NCBI GenBank assembly: GCA_963666275.2
Contig: CAXXOA010000001.1
Location: 2,240,001-2,304,000, forward strand
Direction: 5' to 3'
Length of the DNA: 64,000 nucleotides
Source of the DNA: Oceanispirochaeta sp.
GTDB taxonomy: Bacteria > Spirochaetota > Spirochaetia > DSM-2461
In this document: piece by piece, positions 57,941 to 64,000 of the stretch
Layout of the letters: the number at the start of each line of letters is the position of its first letter
Numbering within the stretch: position 1 is the first letter of the stretch
Notes under the pieces: generated by a model
The model's input: the letters and a program-made list of their open reading frames with translations, nothing else
What the model was told of the DNA's origin: nothing
Databases searched by the model: none
Position numbers and translations under genes: made by a program

Positions 57941-59449
57941 TCTCTTTCCTTTCCGTTTCCTCGTAAAGTCGGGAAAGTGCTCCTCCATGCAGTCAGGGCA
58001 GATGGTATGGGAGAAATCCGTATCCTTGTGCCTAGAAAAATACTGCTCCACACTCTCATAGTAACCCTGGTCATTTCGGATTTTTTTACAGTAGGAACAG
58101 ATGGGGATGATCTCTCTCAGAGCATTGACTTCCTCCAGAGCTTTTCTCAGCTCCACAATAAGATTTTCCTTTTCCTGAGAGATCCTCTCCAGGTCCAGGA
58201 TCTTCTCATCCAGTGTTATAAGGGTGTTTTTAAAGACATCCACAGCTCTGGACATATCTCCGATTTCATTGAGGCTTTTTAAATTGGGAACGGTCACATC
58301 GGTCTCTTTTTTTCCCAGTCTGATGATAATATTGGTAAGGATGTTTGTCTGCTTGAGGATTCTGTTGTTCACAAGAATGAATACCACTAAAAGAAACAGT
58401 AGAGACGCCAGAGAGAAAAATGTGTATACATGAATGTCTTTCCTGCTTTTCTGATACTTTTCTGCTGTATAGGCGGAAGTCTGCTGCACGACAATATCCA
58501 TAAAGGCGGCAATCTGATTCAGAATATCAACTCCCTGGCTGAGATACTCCTCCTGAGTCAAAGAGTAGGGCCCGCCCGTCTCTGCTTCGGAAATGATCCG
58601 GTTTCTTGTGTTCCTGTAGGATCCTGTATAGACCTTCTCGAGATCCGTGAGTGAACGGTAAAGGGGAGTATTCTCCCATGGGCTGCTCTGATACTTGAGA
58701 TCCTTGAATTTTTCATTGGATGAAACCTGCAGGGAAAGGATTTTCTGCTTCAGATCCTCCCGCAGAGGCTTCCCCGAGAGTATGGTGGCCGACAGAATGG
58801 ACATTTCCGGCCCGGCAGTATTCCTGAGTGCCATAGTACTCAGTTTCAAAGAGGAATAGCGGCCGATTACACCGTCTGCATCACTGATGCTCTGGGAGAT
58901 CCCCGCCAGAAGAGATTCGATTGCCTCGATGTACTGTGTCATACGGGTAAACCAGAGATCCGCCAGCTCATGATCCCGTTCCTCCCAGGGAATGGAAAGA
59001 TTTTCCTCCGCCCGGGATCTGAGAGTACTGATCTTTTCCTTAACAGCATAGATCTCTTCTATATGAGAAACCTGATCGGAAAGACTCCCGGGAGACAGTT
59101 TTTCTATCGCCCTTTCCAGAGCGGCTTCCCCCTCCAGCCTCCTGGCAAGAATAAAAGTCCGGTTCCCTTCCATTCCTTCAGGATCTCCCGTATCGTTTAA
59201 TACCACATTGACCCGGCCCCTCTCAAAACCTAAATTGGCCACAGCCTTAAAGAGATCATCACTGACTTCATTCATAAGAAAAATATTCTGGGAGAGCCTG
59301 AAATCCTTTATGGATCGATTGAGAATGACAAAAGAATTGACTCCCTGCAGGAGAAGGATGATAACCAGAATAGAGACAAAAATACTCTTTATAGAGTTGT
59401 TTCTAAAAGATTGTCTGAGAGTGTCCAGATATGACATAGAGAAAACCAC
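57902..59449 (-). CDS. Two-TM sensor with NIT-like periplasmic domain, HAMP and C-terminal Cys-rich domain
   Basis: TM, LGFERG..LRNTAGPE, TM, HAMP (NEIGDMSRAV), then ICSYCKKIR..SHTICPDC. No kinase, GGDEF or MCP output domain is visible. Confidence 0.75.
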   Translation of the reverse strand: MVFSMSYLDTLRQSFRNNSIKSIFVSILVIILLLQGVNSFVILNRSIKDFRLSQNIFLMNEVSDDLFKAVANLGFERGRVNVVLNDTGDPEGMEGNRTFILARRLEGEAALERAIEKLSPGSLSDQVSHIEEIYAVKEKISTLRSRAEENLSIPWEERDHELADLWFTRMTQYIEAIESLLAGISQSISDADGVIGRYSSLKLSTMALRNTAGPEMSILSATILSGKPLREDLKQKILSLQVSSNEKFKDLKYQSSPWENTPLYRSLTDLEKVYTGSYRNTRNRIISEAETGGPYSLTQEEYLSQGVDILNQIAAFMDIVVQQTSAYTAEKYQKSRKDIHVYTFFSLASLLFLLVVFILVNNRILKQTNILTNIIIRLGKKETDVTVPNLKSLNEIGDMSRAVDVFKNTLITLDEKILDLERISQEKENLIVELRKALEEVNALREIIPICSYCKKIRNDQGYYESVEQYFSRHKDTDFSHTICPDCMEEHFPDFTRKRKGKRSPFPALNNTPLN

Positions 59450-59697
59450 TTTTATAATAATATTGTTCTATCATATCATAAACAGAGAACAATCCTGGAA
59501 TAATTTTCAGAGTCTTCAAGAAGAAAACACAATCCCGTCAGAGAAAGCCGGGATTGTGGCGTTACTAAAAAAGGCTGTAGACCCAGACGATAAGTTTGTC
59601 GTTGGTCTGACTTTTAAAATGGAGCTGTCATGGATGCAGAAATCTATGATATCACTGATCCCTTTCACAAAATCGGGTCATGCTGAGGTTACTGAGG

Positions 59698-61566
59698 TCA
59701 GGATCCTGAAATTTTATACTCGCCTATCATGGTAATAACTTCCTCCAGAGACTGATCGGTGCTCCGGTTCTGCTGCAGGATTTTTTCCGACTGATGAGAA
59801 ATGGCATCTGAACTGTCCGAGATCTCTTTCATAGCTTCAATGACACCCTGATTGATATCCCGCATCCGAGTGACTGCCTGCAGGATCTCTGTATTCCCTA
59901 TCTGCATCTCCGAAGATCCCTGAATCACCCTTTCGGAAACATCCTCCAGCTCCCTGATGGCCTTATCCAGTTTGGAGGAAAAGTCCGAGACAGCCTGGGT
60001 AAAACTGCTCATACGCTCTACAGCCTTCCGCACATCACCCACGTGAGAGTCTATTTCGGTGAAAGAGGACTGTACGGATTTTGATTCGGTCCCGACCACC
60101 TGGATGTTATCCAGAACCTGCTTCAGATTGATTCCGATGGATTTTGACTGAACCGAAGCTGTTTCGGCAAGTTTACGGATTTCATCTGCCACAACGGCAA
60201 ATCCCCGTCCCGCGTCCCCTGCATGAGCCGCTTCGATCGCTGCATTCATGGCAAGAAGGTTAGTCTTGCTGGCAACAGCAGCGATGAGGGTGTTCGCCTC
60301 GGCAAGGTGGGTCGAATCATCGGTTATTTTACTGACAATTTCCTGAAGCTTCATAATTCTGTCATTCCCTTCCTGAGAGGCTCCCACAAGGATCCGGGTC
60401 TGTTCTGTCCCCTGGGAGGAGAGATCCATAAGCTGCGAGTTCATTTCCAGCAGTTCATTCAAAGACTCGGAGGAGACTCCCAGAATCTGTTTCTGCTGTC
60501 TGATGCTCTGATCCAGAGACTCTATATTCCGTGCCAGTTCTTCTACGGCGGAAGTGGTCTGAATCACACTGGAACTGTGATCTTCCATCTGGGAATTGGT
60601 ATGCTCCAGATGCCTGCGGATGTCCCCCACTGCCTCAGCCATATCATTGATCCCCTGCCCCAGATGTTCCTTGTTGTCTCCCAGCTGCCTGACCATGGCA
60701 AGGATCATGGTAAACCCCTGATTCAGACTTGAAAAAAGCCTATTGGCCATTTGACTGAGAACACCGATTTCATCGGAGGTATCTACTGAGAGTTTGACAG
60801 TTAGATCTCCTTCTGCTCCGGTCTGAAACTTGCCAGTCATACCGGTGATGGGCTCTATAATATTTTTAAGCAGGACAAACAGCGTAATGAGGATAAAAAC
60901 AGCGGCTGTTGCCCCGCTGATTCCGAATAATATGGGAACACTGAAAGGGAGCTCCCTGTGGAGGTCTATCATGGCAATGGAAGAGGTAAGGCCTGTGAGT
61001 ATAAACATGATAATAGTCCCCAGAAAGGAGCTCATAATCAGACTGAGAAGTTTGACTTTCAAAGTTATGAGGGTCTGTATCTCTGCACTGTTATCTCTGG
61101 CCATCTCATCGATGACCATATAAACCAGGTTCATCATAGGAATGGCAATCATCTGGAAAAAAGCCAGAACGTAAAATGAAGCAATAATTCCCGAGTGGGG
61201 AAATTCGATTTTCACAAAATAATTCAGATGGATAATGGATGTGATTATCGTGAAAGGAAGGGTAATGGCAAAATTGACCGAGACCCGGGAATTGAAGTTC
61301 TGCCAGTCCTGCCATTCCAGATCCTGACTGCCAGCCAGCTTCCGCAGCCGGAACAGAGGATGAAGGGCCAGAAACACAGAGAACAGACAGGAAGAGAGTA
61401 TAAGAACCACCGATGCCGTATTGGTCAGGAGGTAAATAAACTCCTGTATCGTCATGAATCCGCTGAGAACACTGAAATAGGCCAGGATCATGGGTACCAG
61501 AAGGGGTGTGATTAAAAAGATGGGCACAGCCCTTATTATATATTTTTTTTCTAATGCTTTATTCAT
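59698..61566 (-). CDS. Methyl-accepting chemotaxis protein (multi-TM)
   Basis: TNLLAMNAAIEAAHAGDAGRGFAVVADEIRKLAE signalling core, HAMP and about six TM helices. Confidence 0.95.
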   Translation of the reverse strand: MNKALEKKYIIRAVPIFLITPLLVPMILAYFSVLSGFMTIQEFIYLLTNTASVVLILSSCLFSVFLALHPLFRLRKLAGSQDLEWQDWQNFNSRVSVNFAITLPFTIITSIIHLNYFVKIEFPHSGIIASFYVLAFFQMIAIPMMNLVYMVIDEMARDNSAEIQTLITLKVKLLSLIMSSFLGTIIMFILTGLTSSIAMIDLHRELPFSVPILFGISGATAAVFILITLFVLLKNIIEPITGMTGKFQTGAEGDLTVKLSVDTSDEIGVLSQMANRLFSSLNQGFTMILAMVRQLGDNKEHLGQGINDMAEAVGDIRRHLEHTNSQMEDHSSSVIQTTSAVEELARNIESLDQSIRQQKQILGVSSESLNELLEMNSQLMDLSSQGTEQTRILVGASQEGNDRIMKLQEIVSKITDDSTHLAEANTLIAAVASKTNLLAMNAAIEAAHAGDAGRGFAVVADEIRKLAETASVQSKSIGINLKQVLDNIQVVGTESKSVQSSFTEIDSHVGDVRKAVERMSSFTQAVSDFSSKLDKAIRELEDVSERVIQGSSEMQIGNTEILQAVTRMRDINQGVIEAMKEISDSSDAISHQSEKILQQNRSTDQSLEEVITMIGEYKISGS

Positions 61567-61640
61567 GGATTTTTTAACATCTCCTGTCTTGACTTGTTTA
61601 CGGAACAAATCGGATGAAATGTCCCGTCTCTAATTGTATT

Positions 61641-61648
61641 ATATCGGC
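61641..61648 (-). promoter_or_regulatory. Possible sigma28 -10 element upstream of the MCP
   Basis: GCCGATAT on the minus strand. The -35 TAAA is not conserved and it overlaps a TATAAT. Confidence 0.4.
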
Positions 61649-61742
61649 ACTCCAGGAGCAAATATCCACATCATAAAAAGCCTTTCCCCTCTCCAGACCG
61701 GCAGAAAGTTCTTTTAATATTTATCAAAGAAACAATTAGCTG

Positions 61743-61775
61743 AAAAAAAAGAAACGGACCTTTACAGGCCCGTTC
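61743..61775 (-). terminator. Intrinsic terminator
   Basis: Minus strand GAACGGGCCT-gtaa-AGGTCCGTTTC followed by a U-run. Confidence 0.65.
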
Positions 61776-61800
61776 AGGAGATGCTATTGAGAGAAATTTC

Positions 61801-64000
61801 TTATTTCACAATAGTTAAGGTCCGGGATTCCTCAAACCATTTACAGACGGCTCCCATAGCTTTCGACAGGTTTTCCGCTTGGGCGTATATCCGGCCGTCC
61901 TGTTCCCGCAGGATAGTATCCGGACCTGTTTTTCCGGATTCTCCGGCAGAACAGGAGACGGGATCCCCCCGGCCTGTAACTGTGAGAACCAAGGCGTCCT
62001 GATCCCAAGAGAGAAAATCAGGCATAACTTCCGCAAGAAACTCCACAGGCACCAGCACGCCCGCCTCTGTGACGACAGCCGGGGCAGGCATCTCTTTTGT
62101 GATATAATTGACAACGGCCTTTGATGAACCGGACCTGAAAGCCATTTTCATACCGGAAGGAGGATTCTTCAGGTAGTTATTGAAAAAATCCACTACCCCT
62201 GCCTGAATCTCCGGAGCTTCTCCGTACTCACCCTGGGTATTGCTGAACATAAAAGCCCGTACATCATTCCGGCTCAGAGCGTCAAAGGTCCGGTAGCTCT
62301 GATTGTTGGGAATATCCACCCGGGTCATTCCCAGCCCGTGGAACAGCGCGACGGGAGGATCATCGGGAGAGATATGATACACAGGGCTTGCCAGTTTGGC
62401 CGCGGCAATCGCCTCATCATATTCGGGGTTGGTTCCTTCCAGTCCCGCTTCAATATAGGCTCTCAGGACTCCGATTCCCCTGCCGGGTCCGGCAAAACCG
62501 ATCACTTCGCTGGAGGGAGCATTGGCTCCATCAGATCTGGCCAGTTTTTTCTGTACCATCTCAGGATCATAGGAGTACTCGTCTTCCAGATCTTTTCCCA
62601 TATAGAGCACATCACTCCAGGCAAAACCGGCTACTGCCGCCTGGATTCTGCTGGAATAGTCCAGATTTCCTCCCACAGACCCTTCGGTTTCCTCCTCATC
62701 GCCGCTGACCGCCAGCATAAGGGTCATGTTTCCTCCCAGAGAAACACCATAGGCACCGATACGCTCGGGATCAATGCCGAATCTCTCCGCATTGGCCCGG
62801 AGATACCGGACATTGGCTTTAATATCATTGATCTGGTCGGGAGCCCGGTTGGAGGGATAGTTCCGCAGATCCACTCCGGCAACGACATACCCTTCGTCAA
62901 GAAAGGTCTGAAGCTGCCAGGGCAGTACCGAATAGGAACGGCTGTAACCGTGAATATAGAGAATACAGGGCAGGTTCTTCTCACTGGTATCGGGACGGAA
63001 AACATCCATTTTCAGGTCTTTGGTCCGGGGAACAAACAGCAGGGAGTTATGCACAGAGATCGGTTCGGTAGAAACCAGTTCATGCCTGTACGAGGGAAAA
63101 GGCTGAGTCATTTCAATACCGCCCTGATAGTTCTGCACAATCCCGTCCTTTAAAGGATCCCCTTCGGGTGCAAAGACAAATCCGGCGTTAAAATGCGCTT
63201 TACCTTCAGAAACCTCATATTCAGCATCGCTGCTGTTCCTGTCCCAGCTGTCCCAGACACCCCGGTAGTTGAGGTACATTTTTTCTTCAAACATATAGAG
63301 AGTACCGGGGCCTTCATAATTTGCGGTTTCCACAGTCCCGTTGTAGACATTATCTTCATGTTCGATAAAAGGCAGAGTGATGGAGGAAGCCCTGTCGGCT
63401 CCCTTGTAGAGACCGATGGTGGGCAGATTATTTTCATCATACCCATGCTGATAGGTTCGGGTATCCGCACAGGTAATGGTGACCCGCACCCGGCTTCCCC
63501 GGCTGAGAAGATAGGATGTGGGCTCAAGAGCCAGTTCCAGATGGACAGGCTGATCCATACCTTCTTCCATCATGGCTTCACACTGATCCTGCCTGCTGGG
63601 GTGATAGGTAGCTCCCAGAGCATCCCAACCCTCATTGGCTTCAGAAGTCCGGTGAGACGCTCTGATCTCCCCTTCTGTAATAAACAGGCTTGTACCGTCG
63701 GACTTGACCTCTTCCAGATACACAAGGAAGTCTCCGTCCGGAGCTGTGGTTGTAACCCATAGATCCACTGCCGGAACTCCAGTGATCTCATTCTGATACA
63801 TGAAAAACAGGGGCTGAGAGGTAAATGTCAGAGCCTTGCTGTCCACGTCGACTGCCATATTTCCATCCCAGGTCCGGTTCATCCTGTTGTAGGTAGCTCC
63901 TTTTCCGTCCCGGTTGTCAAACACCGAGATGGAGGGATCCACTCTGTAGGAATCCACGGAAACAGATTCGGGTTTTACAGGACTCAGGGTTCCGTCGTTT
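61801..64000 (-). CDS. Multidomain hydrolase, partial: CocE/NonD (PepX_C-like) domain + alpha/beta esterase + copper-amine-oxidase N-terminal-like domain
   Basis: The frame stays open to the window edge. FTSQPL..ITG.P..DLWV..DGDFLVYLEEV..GSRVRVTI is the CocE C-domain; GVSLGG follows; the tail reads VLVPVEFLAE..WDQ..GRIY..MGA..W. Confidence 0.75.
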   Translation of the reverse strand, partial: NDGTLSPVKPESVSVDSYRVDPSISVFDNRDGKGATYNRMNRTWDGNMAVDVDSKALTFTSQPLFFMYQNEITGVPAVDLWVTTTAPDGDFLVYLEEVKSDGTSLFITEGEIRASHRTSEANEGWDALGATYHPSRQDQCEAMMEEGMDQPVHLELALEPTSYLLSRGSRVRVTITCADTRTYQHGYDENNLPTIGLYKGADRASSITLPFIEHEDNVYNGTVETANYEGPGTLYMFEEKMYLNYRGVWDSWDRNSSDAEYEVSEGKAHFNAGFVFAPEGDPLKDGIVQNYQGGIEMTQPFPSYRHELVSTEPISVHNSLLFVPRTKDLKMDVFRPDTSEKNLPCILYIHGYSRSYSVLPWQLQTFLDEGYVVAGVDLRNYPSNRAPDQINDIKANVRYLRANAERFGIDPERIGAYGVSLGGNMTLMLAVSGDEEETEGSVGGNLDYSSRIQAAVAGFAWSDVLYMGKDLEDEYSYDPEMVQKKLARSDGANAPSSEVIGFAGPGRGIGVLRAYIEAGLEGTNPEYDEAIAAAKLASPVYHISPDDPPVALFHGLGMTRVDIPNNQSYRTFDALSRNDVRAFMFSNTQGEYGEAPEIQAGVVDFFNNYLKNPPSGMKMAFRSGSSKAVVNYITKEMPAPAVVTEAGVLVPVEFLAEVMPDFLSWDQDALVLTVTGRGDPVSCSAGESGKTGPDTILREQDGRIYAQAENLSKAMGAVCKWFEESRTLTIVK

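Noticed and set aside
59208..59735. 175-aa plus-strand ORF spanning the sensor/MCP intergenic region
   Set aside because: It overlaps two minus-strand genes in antisense and has no motifs.

Overview
A 64-kb chromosomal window from what looks like a free-living anaerobic spirochaete (Spirochaetaceae-like, inferred from lipoboxes, homodimeric GlyRS, HD-GYP/MCP content and gene style). Most of it is housekeeping or metabolic: eda-kdgK, threonine aldolase, a ferredoxin/2-oxoacid oxidoreductase-buk-ptb operon, tyrS, gltX-glyS, alaA, a UGPase, hisI, DAHP synthase, nagZ, ilvBN, rbgA, c-di-GMP enzymes and an MCP. The stand-out locus is 6351-17700. A 3100-aa signal-peptide-bearing helical protein carries two blocks of a 29-residue Trp-periodic repeat, a Gly/Ala-rich hydrophobic segment and an AT-rich C-terminal M23-peptidase-like tip. 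It is followed directly by an AT-rich lipoprotein gene (immunity candidate) and a cluster of REP/MITE-like repeats. It is divergently paired with a TPR lipoprotein through a mirror-symmetric promoter region. This reads as a candidate spirochaetal polymorphic peptidoglycan-toxin/immunity system (inference). Other items of note are a mannosylfructose/sucrose-type osmolyte cluster (GH32-like + GT4 + HAD) with an unlisted 46-aa CPxCG zinc-ribbon gene, a KdgR-type operator, a beta-clamp-motif protein paired with an HPD-less J-like protein, and a possible GT-A-fold orphan. I saw no rRNA, tRNA, CRISPR array, transposase or reverse transcriptase. All assignments come from motif recognition by eye; no searches were run.
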